From Lama guanicoe (taxonomy: Eukaryota), in the NCBI GenBank assembly GCA_013239625.1, contig MU053561.1, forward strand, positions 3,054,283 to 3,118,282: a DNA stretch of 64,000 nt, in the 5' to 3' direction. Of this stretch, positions 39,254-52,819 are shown one piece after another. Each line of letters begins with the position of its first letter. Positions within the stretch are counted from its first letter, which is position 1. The translations under genes were made by a program, and so were the position numbers. Under the pieces are notes generated by a model that was not told the origin of the DNA, ran no database searches, and saw only the letters and a list, made by a program, of their open reading frames with translations.

Positions 39254-40260
39254 GTTGTTCAACATCATCACCCATTAGAGAAATGCAAATTAAAACCACC
39301 ATGAAATATTACCACACACTTAGCAGAATGGCTAAAAAACGCTGGTGAGGATGTGGACAAACTGGATCACCCAAAATCACTGGGGGGACAGAGTGTTATG
39401 GACACGCTGAAACAATTTGGCAGTTTTATAAAAACCTAAATGTGCAACTATCATATAACCCAGCAATTATACTCCTGGGCATTTCTCCCTTAGAAATGAA
39501 GACAAATGTTCATACAAAAACAGGTGCACTAGTGTTTATAGCAGCTTTATTCATAATAGCCAACACCTGGCAACAGTCTAGATGTCCTTCAGTGGGTGAA
39601 CGTTTAAACAAACTGGTAAGTCCATGCTACATAATACCACTGCCGTAGAAAGGAATAACCTATCAATACACACAATAGCCTGGATGCATCTCCAGAGAAT
39701 TATGCTGAGTGAGGAAAAAAAACCAACAATCCCAAAAGGTTACATATGGTATGCTTTCTTTAATATAACATTCTTGAAATGACAAAGCTTTAGAAATGGA
39801 GAGCAGACTAGGGCTGTCGCAGGTGGGGCATCTTGACTGTAGCTCACCCATATCCCACAAGTGTTGTACTGTCATTTTGCAAGCTGTTACCATTAAGGGA
39901 AAGTGGATAAATGACACAAGCTATCTCTGTGTTATTCTCTACCACTGCATAAATCCACATTTATCTCAAAACTGAAAGTTTAGTGTAATAAAAGAAAGGC
40001 TCATTCCATCTGAAGGGCATTCTTGAACAGACGAAACTGTGGACATGGAGGACAGATCAGGTGGTTGTCAGGGATTCGGAGGAGGTGAGGGCGTGACGAT
40101 TCAGGGCAAGTCTGGGGAGTTTTTTGGTTGCTGGAACTGTTCCGTCTTCTGCTTGTAGTGATGGTTATATGAATCTCTGTATGTGTTAAAATTCATAGAC
40201 CCATTCACGAAGAAGAGAAGCTGTTTTCATGCATAATCAGGAGAAGATAAAAAAGAAAAA
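39254..40260 (+). mobile_element. Old L1M ORF2 C-terminus and 3' UTR fragments
   Basis: gttcaacatcatc...gaaatgcaaattaaaaccac; ORF 39442-39648 resembles the L1 ORF2 C-terminus. Confidence 0.8.
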
Positions 40261-40529
40261 ATTATCAGTCACATATGCAGCTCATTTGTTTTTAAGAGAG
40301 TTGGGGTGAGTTTAGTTGGATAATAATAACGGTGTAGGTGTGCTTAATTCTGCAGGTTTGGAAGACACTCAGCGTAGTGAAGTGGGTGGAACACAAAGTT
40401 TGGACTCTGACAGTCTGTTACTGTATTTTGGCTCCACCATTCACCAGCTCTGTGATCTTGCTGACCCTCATTATTGTCATTTGTAAAATGGGCAGACTAC
40501 CTACATCACAGGGTCATGTGGGGGCTTCA

Positions 40530-40616
40530 CTTCTTTTTAATAGGGGTACTGGGGATTGAACCCAGGACCTTGTGCATGCTAAGCAGGCACTCTACCACTG
40601 AGCTACACCCTCTCCC
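40530..40616 (-). mobile_element. Vic-1-like SINE inserted in a MIR
   Basis: ggggattgaacccaggaccttgtgcatgctaagcaggcactctaccactgagctacaccc; TSD tgggggcttca / tggaggcttca. Confidence 0.9.
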
Positions 40617-41179
40617 TGGAGGCTTCAACTGAATGTAAAACTTAGTATCTGAGGGAACCTACAGCTGTTGCAGGAGGCCTGTCAGTCCAAAAGGACACCA
40701 AGCATTTTGGGTAGAGAATAAATTGTACACTTTGAACACTTAAAAATGTATTTAAACACTATTGTACTCAGTACAATAAAAACATGTAATTTAAAATTAG
40801 CCTTATGCTTTTCTATATTTTCAAGTATAAAGGGCTTTTATATTTGAAAATATTGGAAATCAGTGAGAGAATGAAGGTCTGGCCAGCGAAGCAGCAGCTC
40901 AGTCCTCGGCCGCCGTTGTTGGTGGCAGCGCCGGCAACAGCAATGGCAGTGGGAATAGCAGTAGCTGTGGTCCTTGTCACCCTCGGAGCAGTATTTCACG
41001 TGCATTGTTTTATTTGATCTTCACACTGGCTGTGAGACGCAAAGGGCAGAGATCAGAAGCCCCATTTTTGGGGTGAGAACATGGAAGGCGAGAGAGGGCT
41101 CTCCTTTTCCAAGATCTTGCAGTGGAACCCAGGTCTCCCAGCTCTGAAAGCACCGCCTGGAGAAGCCAGGGAAGGTGGC

Positions 41180-41555
41180 TGTCTTAGTCTGCTCAGGCTG
41201 CTAGAACAGACGACCATGGGATGAGTGATGTGAAATAAACTAACTCTATTTCTCACAGTTTTGGAGGCTGGAAGTCCAAGAGCAAGGCGCCCGCAGATTC
41301 GGTGTCTGGTGAGGGGGCTCCTTTCCTGACTGGCAGGCAGCCACCTTCTCACTGTGTCCTCACATGGTGGAGAGAGAGAACTCTGGTCTCCATCTCTTCT
41401 TATAAGGGCACTAATCCCATCCTGGGGACCCCACCCTCATGACCTCATCTAAGCCTAATCACCCCCCTGAAGCCCCACCGCTGAATGCCATCATATTGCA
41501 GGTTAGGGCTTCAGCATGTAAACCTGGGGGAGACACAAACATTCAGTCCATGGAA
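41180..41555. mobile_element. MaLR (MLT1A/B-like) solo LTR
   Basis: tgtcttagtctgctcaggctgct...tttctcacagttttggaggctggaagtccaag...acaaacattcagtccat; TSD gtggc / gtagc. Confidence 0.85.
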
Positions 41556-43009
41556 GTAGCCATATTAGTATTTAAGCCATGTGTTTTATATCCTGGGAGA
41601 GTGCAATTCACAGGTAACTGACCCCTCAGGAAACTCACAGTGAAGTTAAGCAGAAAAAGCAACGTCCTCGGATGCTTCTTGCCTCCTGTGTTTGTCTTGG
41701 ACCACTAAAGCCACTTGCTTTGGAAACCAGCCAGGCAGGAGGGGGAGGCAACCTAGTGAAAGTTAAGTCTAACTTCATGAGGAATTGCTCCCCTCAGGTG
41801 TCTCTGGGAGGTGGTCCAGGCTCTGGTGTGGGGCTGCTGTAACAGCCAGGTTCCTCGGGCAGCTCAGCTCTGGTACCAGAAAGGACACTGCTGTAGGGGG
41901 CAGGAACCCTGAGTCTGAGAGATGGCTGCATCTCTGTCTTCATCGCCTCTCCCTTAAAACCCAGGCCTGGACTTGCTCATGGGCCCATCCAGCTCGTATT
42001 CTGAAGTCCTCATGCTTAAGACCGTGAGAACTGCAGCTGTGCAGGGACCACTGTAAGGAGACCAAGGGCAGGGCTGGGGTCGGCCACCCGCTCTGCACTC
42101 AAGACCACCAAGAGGAGGTGCAGCCCGAGCAAAGAGGGGGTAGCAGAGGGAATGCCACATCATCTGATCCACAGCTGATTAAGCCTTTGAAAATGTGCCC
42201 TGGGGACATGTCCGTGAAGGACGTCACTGAGGTGGGGGAAGAATGCGGCCTGTTGTCTGGGCCCAGGACACAAAGGCCTGTCTGTGCGCACGTGGGCACC
42301 CCCGATGTGGGCTGGATCAGCTGCTCTTGTTTCCTCCTTCGCCATCACAATACAACTACAGAGTTACTGTCTGCCCTTCCACCCCCGCCCCAGGAGAGCT
42401 GGGCAATGGGATTTCTGCCCACTGGGTGCCCGCTGAGCACAGCCAGCAATACCAGCCTCCCGGCCCAGTTGGCTCCCAACAAGTCTAGAATTTCAATAGC
42501 CTGCGTCTCCCTGCCCTCATTTACTGCCGTCTCTCGTCTTCTTTTTCTCCCGCCTTCCCTGGCACACGTGTGAGTGGCAGATCCAGGGTGATCTCGACCC
42601 AGCTGATCTCCAGGGAGCCAAGCCTGGACATCTGAGAGATAACCAGCTGGGTAGTGTCCAGCCGTGGAACAGGGTCACTCTAGGAACACCTTCCTTGGGT
42701 GGTGGAGAGGCAGCTGCCCTGGTCCACCATCCTGATCCCTAGGAAACCGGGTCAGGGGTGTTGTCTCTGGTAACACCCAGCATGGAGCCAGTGTGGGTCG
42801 GAGTCAGAAAGCCTGGGGTGTGAATGTGGACTCCAACATCCTGGCGTGCAGCAGCATCGGCAAGTTTCTTAACCTCTGTGAGTTGTCGTTTCCTCATTTA
42901 CATACATTACGTACTAGTTCTTACCCCATGGGTTTTCCAGATCATTCTGTGGGCACCAAGCAGTGCTTAGCATGGGGCGGACATTTACACACACCAGCCA
43001 CTCAACATC

Positions 43010-43500
43010 ATGCATTCGTTCATCAGTTACTGAGTGCCTGCGAGGTGCCGGGCATTGCGATAGGCCCCGGGGACTAGTTAGGGATGAAAGAGACAGAGAT
43101 CTCTGCTTTGGTAAGAATGCGGCCTTTCCTGGGGGGAGGCAGGCAAGAAACAGCAAAGGGGATGATGACGGAACATCTCTTAGGTGTGAGAAGGAGGGAA
43201 ATGGGGAGAAAAGCAGAACCAACTAAGGACCAGAGGTACCAGCAGAGGTAAGGTTTAAATTTTCAGCCAGGTGGTGAGGAAGGGCCACGTGGAGAAGGTG
43301 CCATTGATGTAAAGACTTGAAGGAGGTGGGGAAGAGAGCCAGGCGGATTGCTGGGGGAAGAGCCTTCCAGACAGGAAGCAGTTCTGCCAGGTCCCTGAGG
43401 TCAAGGTGCACCTGTGACAGAAGGAGGCACGCTGTGCTGGGACAGAGTGAGGGGAGGTGAGGGTAAGGGGCCGGATCGTGTGGCCTTTGTGATCGTTTGT
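43010..43500. mobile_element. L2 fragment
   Basis: cattcgttcatcagttactgagtgcctgcgaggtgccgggc...gacttgaaggagg...ttccagacaggaagcagtt. Confidence 0.6.
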
Positions 43501-43509
43501 GGGGGGTCG

Positions 43510-43870
43510 TCATGGCAGAGTACCACAAACGGGGTGCGATGTATTGCGTCCTGGAGGCCGGAAGTCTGAGACGTAGGTGTCAGCAGGGCCAGGCTCCCCC
43601 TGAAGGCGCCAGGGAAGAAAGTGCCAGGCCTCCCTCCTGGCTTCTGGCCACGCCTCGGCTTATGGTAGCATCACTTTGATCTTCCCACTGCATCCTTCAG
43701 TTCATGGGTCTGTGTCCAAATGTCCCCTTTTCATTAGAGCTCACCCTAAGGACCTCATTTTAACTGATGACCTCTGTAAAGACTGTGTCGCCAAATACAG
43801 CCATGTTCTGAGGTACTAGGGGCTAGGACTTCAACACACCTTTGCTGAGGGACACAGTTAACCCATACCA
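43510..43870. mobile_element. MaLR (MLT1-like) LTR
   Basis: ctggaggccggaagtctgag...gacctcattttaactgat...ttctgaggtactaggggctaggacttcaaca. Confidence 0.75.
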
Positions 43871-43985
43871 GCCTTGCAGCCACGGTAAAGGCCTCAGCTT
43901 TTTCTCGGAGGGACAGGCAGCCATTTGAGGGTCTAAAGCCAAGAGGGCAGGACAGGCGGTGACTTACAGTCTCACCAGGGGTTCG

Positions 43986-43988
<3 letters not shown>

Positions 43989-44027
<39 letters not shown>
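43989..44027. repeat. (TC)n microsatellite
   Basis: About 19 TC units. Confidence 0.97.
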
Positions 44028-44028
<1 letters not shown>

Positions 44029-44524
44029 GCTGGGGGCTGGCTGCCCCATGTCCCTCCTCCCTCCTATTCCCAGATGCTGCTTCCAAATCCATCACAGGCC
44101 AAACCCCTCCTGGCTCCCTGCTCCCTGGAAGGCTGTGCCTGGAAGGGACCCAGCCATTCCTGTGGGGCAGCCTCCCTCTTCCATGCCGCCTTGTCATTCC
44201 CCAGCACAGGGTCGCTGGAAGCTCTCTGAGTCAATCAGTGCTGGAAAACCTGAAGGGGACTGCAGTGGGATGGTGGAAATTTCAAAACTATTCACTAAGA
44301 TATGATTTCTCCTCCAAAGCAGAGGACAATCCCCAAGGAGTGCCTTGGGCCAGTTTGCACTCCTTCTTCTGACCTCACTCTGCAGTGGTCCCCTCTCTCC
44401 TCGTGGGCCAAGTTCTCAGATCCACCTCCTCCCCCAAGCACTGCATTATTGATTTCACATCGGGTCCCGCCAGTGAGTTGAGCGCGCCCTTCGAGGTGTG
44501 CCCACGGTGGAGCTGCTAAGCCTG

Positions 44525-44529
<5 letters not shown>

Positions 44530-44556
<27 letters not shown>

Positions 44557-44562
44557 GCGTGC

Positions 44563-44601
<39 letters not shown>
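44530..44601. repeat. Interrupted (CA)n microsatellite
   Basis: CA runs interrupted by gcgtgcacacgc. Confidence 0.97.
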
Positions 44602-44604
<3 letters not shown>

Positions 44605-45476
44605 TTACACACTGATTTCCTTAGAAGGACTAATAATTCTCGGAAAATACAGCTCACACCCAAAGAAGGAAGAGGTATCTTTTGCTTTCTGTCGCACAAT
44701 CTGTAACTCTGTTATTGGCCACAGTGGAGTTGGCACATCACACCATCCAGCCCCTCCCTGTCAGGAAGAATGACCAGCGTTTGTGTACAAAACACACAAA
44801 GAGTTCGTGTCATGTGTCCGTGAGAGGAACCGGGTCTCCTAGGCTGCATTGTTGCTGGAGTGATTGACAAGCCAGCAGACCTCGTGTCGGGGGACCGGTC
44901 TGCACCGCTGCTACCTGGGGTCATCTCGATTGTTTTATCTGTCTCCCTTCTCCCCACTGCACCTTTCCCAGTGGGCCCTTTGGCCTACAAATGAGTCCTT
45001 CCTTGTTCTGAGAGCAAGTTTTTGGAGGCACCTCTGTCTTTTCTCCTCCGATGTTGACATCTCCTGTTGGGCTGCCAGCCTTTGATGAAGCCGACATAGG
45101 AGGACGCAGTGCCAAGAGCAGGGCAGGAAAGCAGAGCCTGGCCCTGGGCTGGAGCCACCCCCAGGCCTGCCCATCATCCCCGGGGCTTCAGTCACCTGAG
45201 AGATGAAGATGGGGAAGGAAGGTGTGGGGCCTGCCAAGATTATTGCTTTATTTTCCCAGATCTCCTTTTGTGGTTTGGGGACCAGTATGTCTTTTCTTGA
45301 GGGTCTGAGATCATCCGCCTGGGTGATAGAACCCCTCTCATCACTCTGAGGATGGGTCCCAGGAATGTGGGACTCCCCTCCTACAGTCCCCCCAGGGCTC
45401 TGTCGCCAGGGCTCTCTTACCCTTAGGTGCCCCTCCCAGCTCGAGTGCTTCAGGGCAGTAAGGTAAAACAATACTG

Positions 45477-45662
45477 AACAACAAGGGCCCACTGTGTAGC
45501 ACAGGGAGCTATATTCAATTTCTTATAATAACATATAATGGAAAAGAATCTGAAAAAATATTTACGTATGTAGAACTGAATTGCTTTGCTGTATATCTGA
45601 AGCTAACATTGGAAATCAACCACACTTTAATTTTTTAAAAAATCCCAAATTTAAAGACAAAC
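45477..45662 (+). mobile_element. Short L1 3' end
   Basis: aacaacaagggcccactgtgtagcacagggagctatattcaa; exact TSD aaacaatactg at 45466 and 45663. Confidence 0.9.
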
Positions 45663-45795
45663 AAACAATACTGTCTAATATGGCTTGGGTCTTCTTTATA
45701 CGCGTCAAGCCACACAGGCCTTCTGGAAACATGACCTGTTTCTGACTTGACAGTATCCATGAAGTACAGATTTCACAGGGGTGTCTTGGGCCATT

Positions 45796-46231
45796 GTCTT
45801 GTGCAGGTCCTCTGATGAAGCAGATGACAAGACGAGATTAAATTGCAGGGATTGTAGTAGAGGAAGTGCCTATGTAAAATAAAATGGATAGGAAGTAAGG
45901 TAAGGCTGGAGGGCTATCTGACACTGCATGCCTGACCTGGAGGGAAGGAGAGAGAGAGAAGATTGAGTGGAAAATTCCGGGACAACCCTACTGGATAAGG
46001 AAGTTTCAGCAAGACTTCCTGTGGGTCCTCAGGGCCAAAATCAACTGTCAAAGAAGTCTGGGTATCCCAGGATTGAGTCTGCCTTTGTGTTCCCAACGTG
46101 CTCAGTCACTGCCTGGGAAGGGTGTTGGGTGCTCATGGAGCTGTGGTTTTCAGAAGTAGCACTGGGACCCTTGGTTAATTACGCTCCCAGTAGTTGGAAG
46201 TCTGCAAGCTACATTCTTGGGGCCAGCCACA
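45796..46231. mobile_element. Ancient ERVL-type LTR (LTR16/LTR33-like)
   Basis: tgtcttg...gaagcagatgacaagacgagatta...gccagccaca. Confidence 0.5.
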
Positions 46232-46394
46232 GACATGGCCTCTTGAGATCACTGCATGGCCCTGACTCTTTGGAAATGGTCAGATCCCTCTCAGGGAGTT
46301 CATGACAAGTGTGTGTGAGCGTCAAACTCAAGTTAGGGTGACCAGCCTATTCAGAGGTCTCACAGAGACCAAACACAGCACGAATGACTCTCAA

Positions 46395-46538
46395 AGAGCA
46401 GCCCCCTGACCGCGTACAGCAGAGCCATCAGGAATGTTTGTTTAAGGCACAGATCCCTGGACTCCCCTCAGACCTACCCGAACGCGTCTCTGAGGGGTGG
46501 CCTAGGAACTGGCATTTACCCAACAGCACATGCCAACA

Positions 46539-46583
<45 letters not shown>

Positions 46584-46615
46584 TTCTTGTGCCTTCTAAA
46601 GTTTGAAAATCACTT
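46395..46615. mobile_element. MER5-like MITE containing (AC)n at 46542-46581
   Basis: ttgtttaaggcacagatccctgg...cctaggaactggcattt...aaagtttgaaaatcact. Confidence 0.65.
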
Positions 46616-49614
46616 CCTTACACCATGAGTAGGTGACTGACTCCAGCCCCCATTTCTCGGTCAGTTCCGATTCTAAATACTTAGCATTATTTTTTGAGAG
46701 TGCACCCACACATCAGCACTTGTGTCTCAGTGTCTGGATCAGAAATGCTGCGTGAGGCCCACAGACTTCCGAACTGACAGGAGCTCCTGGAGACCTGTGC
46801 TTTCTGGCCTGGCCATCACTGTTCCCAACACAATCCACCAGGTGTAGAATTTCTTGGGACTCCCACCCCCGAGCTTAGGAGTTTCAGTTCCTTGCTTTTT
46901 CCTTCTTCACACTGGATAGCACTACATCTTTTCCATCCTGAGAATAGTCTTCTATATGTATGATTCCAAACCTCCCAACAGGTTTCCTTTCATCACTCTC
47001 ATACCTCACTGACTGCCAGGGCCCATGTGCTGGGCTTCCACGAGCTTCCCCTGCCTGTCGCCTGCCCTCCCTTTCTCCCAATAGCACCAGCTAGCTACTC
47101 AGGCCTCAGAGACTTCTTGTCCCATCCACACTTATCTGCAGCCCTCCTGGAGGGTCAAAGTGCATCCTGCAGCCCCACCCCCTGCCCCTGCGGGCACCTG
47201 GGAACACTCCTGCCTTTGTCGGTTTCCTTATCTCTGCCCTCCTCAGCCTTAGAAGCCCTTTTCTGCCTTTGGGTCCATTCCAACCCAGTTACTTGGCCCT
47301 GCCCTGTTGCCAGCTAAACCCAGCCCACTCATTCTCAGGATGGAACCAGTTCAACTATTGTAAAACCCAATAATACCCAGTGCCAGCGACGGTCCTGAAA
47401 ATCCAGTCTCCTTGTGGCTGGCTGTGATGGATGTTGCTGTAACTCTTTAGGAGCACAATTTGGCAATGTACGTGAAATATGAAGAGAACTAAGAGCGTTT
47501 ATACCCTTTGATTTGAGAATCTAACTTTTGGGAATTTAGCTAAAGAAAATAAACCTAAATGAGAAAGAAAACACTTCACATAAAGGAAAATGTACAACAC
47601 AGAAATGTATAATACGGAAGAATGGGAAAAAAAATAACAGTGACTAATATTGCTTAAGTGCTTATTATGTACTCGGCACCATTGAATTCTTTATATTTAT
47701 TCTTTTATCTAGTCCTCACCACATCTCTGTAAGATTGGAACAACTATTATCTGGTAAGAACTGCATCACCTTCCTATAGCGTCTGCGATTTCCTCCAGAT
47801 ACCTGGTAAGCACCAGGGCGCTGCAGTTTGGACTGCTGGCGGGGCTGCCCTCCAGCTAGGTTCATTCCTTTACCTTTGGACACAATGGTTTCCTGCCCCT
47901 CCCTCGCTTCAGTAATGACAATACAGCAGGGCAAGTGTCCTAGCGCAGCCCGTTAATTCCATGACTCACTACTAAGCAAGTTCTCCCTCTCCTCCTTGTG
48001 AAGTTGGGTTTAGGAATCTGACAAGACTGTAAATTAATTGGCTGAAGTTGAATAAATTTGGGGGGCATCATTTCAGATCTAGCTGCTCATCTAAACTCTT
48101 GTGATCCCTTGGATCCTGATCCTTTCACTTAGTGGAGTAACTCGCTCTCTCTCCAGCTTTGTAATTGTTGTTTAACTCAGATCCTGAGACACACACTCCA
48201 GGTCTTCACTCCAGACATTGATCAGCTTCGGGCCGAGGATGGCAGTGCCGAGAGACCCTCTCTGGGTTGGGATGATCGTGCCAAAACTCATCCACTCCGA
48301 CCTTTTTCAAAAATCTTAAATTACTTATAAACTCCTTAAATATAAAGCCACAAATTGAGCTTTTATCAGCCATCTGTTAGCTCCAAACCACGATTTGAGT
48401 ACCAGATTGGTTCTTTGGCAAACTGCTTCCATTTCTTCACCTTGACTAAGACCTTAGGTCATTGCAAAGTCACAGCACTGCTGTAAGATGATGGAGAAAT
48501 CGGGGACAGTGCCTCCCACAGTACTTGGCAGGTAGATGGCCCTCAAGACACACCCGTTCATTTGAGCCAGCTTCTCCTACTCCTTCCCTCACTCAGCATG
48601 TCAGGACTGTGGGTGCAGAGCTGAACCAGTCCTGAGCCCTGCCCACCTTGTGGGGACTGCTGGTCACTGTGGAAACCCCAGCAGGGAAGCAGAGCCCAGA
48701 TCTGGCTGAGCATTTGCAGCTCCTACCTTTTCTACAGGAAAGGCTGGCTCCTTTACACCCCAGCCCTGCAGCAGCTGGCTGCCTTCTGCCAGGAGTGCAG
48801 GCGAGGGAGGGAGGCACTGGGTGGGAGATGAAGGAAGTTATGAAGAAGGAGGTGCTGTCCTGATGGAGAGACTATCTCGGCCTGTGGGGTTGTTTTGAGC
48901 TTTGCGTTGGTCAAAAGGGTTTTTTTTTTTTTTTTGGTAGGGGTGGGGAAATGATCATTATTGAGTCTCTGTACTTCAAAGGCAAGGAGTGCTTTACAAT
49001 TCAAATTAATAGTCCTTTTTAGGAGTAATTACTGCCCATAAAATCACAATCTCTTCAGCAGTTATCTTTTTTTTTTTTTTTTTGAAAAAAGGAGTGGGTT
49101 GTTTTCTAAAGGAAGACGCAGTTGTACTCATGTAGGTAAATTCTTTCCATGGTACCTCCTCCTTTCCCTTCTTCTTGTCCCCATTACGCCTATTCCCAGC
49201 ATCAAGCTGCCCTTGAGGTGGCTGGAGGGACAGGGACAAAGCAGAGATGGTGTCCTAAGGGGATGCCAGAATCACTGATTTATTTGACAAAGGCTTTGGA
49301 GGTAGACACTCATCTTAGGGATCCATCCGTGAAAAAGGCCAAGTATATCCCTGCACTCAAGGAGCCTGCCTTCTAGTGGAGAGCGCCTGACCACAAACAC
49401 ATGAGAAAGAGGACAATTTCAGAGGGCCAAAAATATTGTGAAGATGAGAAAATGAGGTTTTGATGGATTAAATAACATGCCCAAGGTCATGCATTAGTAG
49501 GGGACAAAGCCAGGACGCAATGTCATACTTATCTGCACCAAAATTCACGTCTGGCTCTGGGCTAAGCAGGGTGGCCTGCAGAGCTGGTCTTCCCATCACA
49601 ACTGAATGAGATTA

Positions 49615-50072
49615 TGTCGGTGTTGCAATATCATGTACACATACACACCATATGCGGAGAGAGCTGATGGCTACTCTGTTCATTGATTCTTGTAAAAGGG
49701 TTTATATAGGACGTGCATGATGCCTCACATACTATCTAAGTTATAACAATGTTAATAATCTTAAGCCATTTAGGTTCCCAGGCTCCAGGTTCCCAGGCTC
49801 CTGCAGTAAGCCCAGGATGTTACATGATCAAGGACAGATTGTTCTAAAGTTCGTCACAAAACTTCATTAAGTAGGCCGTCTCTTATCCAGCCAGCTGTGC
49901 CTGTCTTAGGTTGTCCTCTGAGGATCTTACCCATCGTTGGCTATCCAGCCGTCCATACTGGATACATTAAATAGGCCATCTCTTATCCAGCCAGCTACGT
50001 GACATTTCTCATAGCTTGTTTATCAGTTCAGCCCATGGCTTATTCTCTAGAGCCTTCAGGCGGGGGCCTACA
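49615..50072 (-). mobile_element. Solo LTR, well preserved
   Basis: Termini tgtcgg...cctaca, 5-bp TSD gatta (49610-49614 / 50073-50077), TATA box (cctatataaacc on minus strand), internal direct repeats. Confidence 0.8.
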
Positions 50073-51049
50073 GATTACAGCTCACCTTTGCATAGCATTT
50101 TATACTCTCCCAAGCTGTTTCCAGCACGTAGCCTCACTTCACCTTGGGACGTTATTATTTCCAACGTCTCCCCCAAGGCCTGTCACGAATGCAAAGGAAA
50201 ACATCAGGAACAGATCCTCTAGCAACAGAGCCAATTAAGCTTCCTCAAATGTAGAGCAGTGAGGTTCCTGTGGTGTGGAGGACCAAGAGAAGCCTTGAGA
50301 TGGCCATGTCTAGAACAAAACCTTGTGGGCCAGAATTTAAATAGGAAAAGACCTTTCCTTTCTCCTCCCATGAAGTGAGATCTTATGCCGTCTCCTCAAT
50401 GTTGGGAGAAGGTACTAACAGGTAGTTCGTGTGTCTTAGGTGCTGCACGGACAGGAGGGGATGGCCACCACACTGGGTTTTCCCCGCATCTCCAGGGAGA
50501 TTACATCCTCCACTCGGAAGAGCAGTGCTGCTCCAAGCTCCCAGTCTTCACCGCAGGTCAGCACGTGACTCCTTACAGAGTGTGCTGACATAGCTGATCT
50601 TGTGTGATGCTCACAGAACCCCACGGGGTGGGTCCCGTGTTCTTCTTAATTACAGATAAGGAAACTGAGGGGCAGAGAGGGCAGCTGACTCCATGTGTGT
50701 CTGTGGGGTTTGCAGACAAAGTGACCTTGAGGTTTCTGGTGCCGAGTTTCCCCCTCGCTCCACTGGGCTGCCACTCGCTTTTGTGAAAGCTTTGGAAGGA
50801 ACTCTTTCCAAAATGTATTACAGCCTTGCCTGCCTTTTGACACCGAGGACACTGGGCGTGGGAGTGTGTGCTGTGGTGGAAAATTTTCTCTCTGAGTAAA
50901 AGTAACTTGGCGAACGCACGTCTTTCTGTTCCACCCCGCAATGTGCCTGTTGTATCAGTTTTTCTTACTCTGTCTTTTGATGTCCCTGGGCCTGCTCATT
51001 GCCAACCTGGTCTTCTCTTTGTATTTTGAAGCTTCTAATCGGAAGGCAG

Positions 51050-51600
51050 GCTTATCACAAATTGTTGTAGGCAAATCCAGTAGGGGTATAAGTTGATACT
51101 GCCCTTGTAAGGGGTAATTACCAAGTGAGTTTAAGAAGCTTTAAAAAACTTCATGATTTTTGATCCTTTCTAGAAATGTACCCTAAGAAAATATTCAGGA
51201 ATGTGCAAAAATATTTCTATACAAGAGTGTGTATCATGACATTATTTATAAATTTACAGGTTGACAGTAGTCAATATAAGGAACAATTGGGCATTGATTA
51301 AATAAAATCTGTTCAGTCCATGTGATAGAATGTTATATGTACAGCCATTGAAATTGCAAAAGATTATCTCATGGCATTTTGATATAGTCATAATATGTTA
51401 AGCAGGTTATGAAATAACATGTATGCAATGATGGCAATCCTGAAAAAAGTAATAAACATAAATAGAAAATTAGAAGGAGAATATACACCAACATTTTCCA
51501 GGAGTTACTTCTGGGTGTAGATTATAGATGGTTTCCTTTCTTTCTGTATGACTTTCTTATTTCCTGCATTGAGCATGTGTTGTTTTTAAAATAAAACACT
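51050..51600 (+). mobile_element. Ancient L1M (L1ME-like) 3' fragment
   Basis: AT-rich degenerate L1 3' motifs (ctagaaatgtaccctaagaaaata; gtacagccattgaaa). Confidence 0.55.
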
Positions 51601-52819
51601 TGAATACTATTTCCGCCTGAAATATTGGCTACATGTTAAATATTCACAGAGGCTCTGAGTTAGGGCCAGGCTTGTGGCCATGATATTAGACTTGACCGTG
51701 ATTTCATGAGGCAGAGAAACCGTTTCTGATGATTTCTGAGTTGGGGGCTATGTTCTGAAGGTTTCAGGAAAGCTGTTACGGAAAAAGAAATATTCTCTTC
51801 CTTAAGTTTTTCTGTCTTGCTTCATCTTACTCTTGTAGCTCTGCTCAGACCAGCAAACCCCGTAGAGCGGTGGCCTGGTTTGCAAGCCTAACTATGAGGA
51901 CGCTCACCTGGGCGGGTGTGATACATGGGCCCTCGCAGCAGGGCAGGGCTCTGCCCAGCACCAGCCAGGAGGGCACTGCTCCCCTGCCCACCACCCTTCA
52001 TGAATCTGGATTATAGCTGCCAAAGCAGTTTGCCCTGGATGTGTTCTGTCGGCCAGCTGCTCAGCGCCAGCCAGGGCAGGAGCATGGGTGGTACGAGCTA
52101 TGTGCGCAGGCGGAGGCATCTAACATCAGGGCGAGAGCTCCAAGTCCCTGTGGGGCTCTTTATTACTGATAACACACTCGGGTTATGGGCCACGTGCTCA
52201 TCGGAATACCTGTGGATGCAGGCGCCCAGGCCAGCACCCCATACGGGTCCCTCCGCCCCGCCCCTATACACATACATCAGGCCCTTGCACTCCTCCCAGA
52301 ACATCTCTTAGGTAGGTAGGTGGGTGCAGCCCCTCTCCCTGCCCACCCCCGTTCTGCAGCCTAGACCTGAGTTGCCATGCTTGTGAGGCCCCGTCTTGAC
52401 CAATGGGCTCCCAGCAGCCCCATGTCCTGGAGTGGGTTAGCTGGATTGTGGGGTTTTCACTGTTCAGAGAATCTGCTGAGTCAAGGCAAGCCTCCGCTTC
52501 CTGGGTGGGTTGGGGAGGCGCGCGCTCTCCCTGTCCACCCACCCCAGCCTCCTTGGCTTCCCTGGAAGAGCTGGGGCCAGTGAGCTGATGGACCCCAGGC
52601 TTATCTCAAACTAAATAAGCCAGGAAGAGAACTCTGATCAGGTTTAATTGCCAACAGTAGTTGTTAATGCTGATGTATTCTGTAGTAACCCCCAAAATAC
52701 CTTCTAAGAAGAGGAGGTGCTTTTTTTATTCATTCATTTTTTTCCAACAAATATGTATTCATTCAGCAGATATTTATTCATGTTAGTTGCTAGGAGAAAT
52801 GGGGATGATTAATAAAAGA

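Noticed and set aside
40760..40778. Palindrome tattgtact-c-agtacaata
   Set aside because: A single 9-bp AT-rich inverted repeat is plausible by chance, and it probably lies in a decayed DNA transposon
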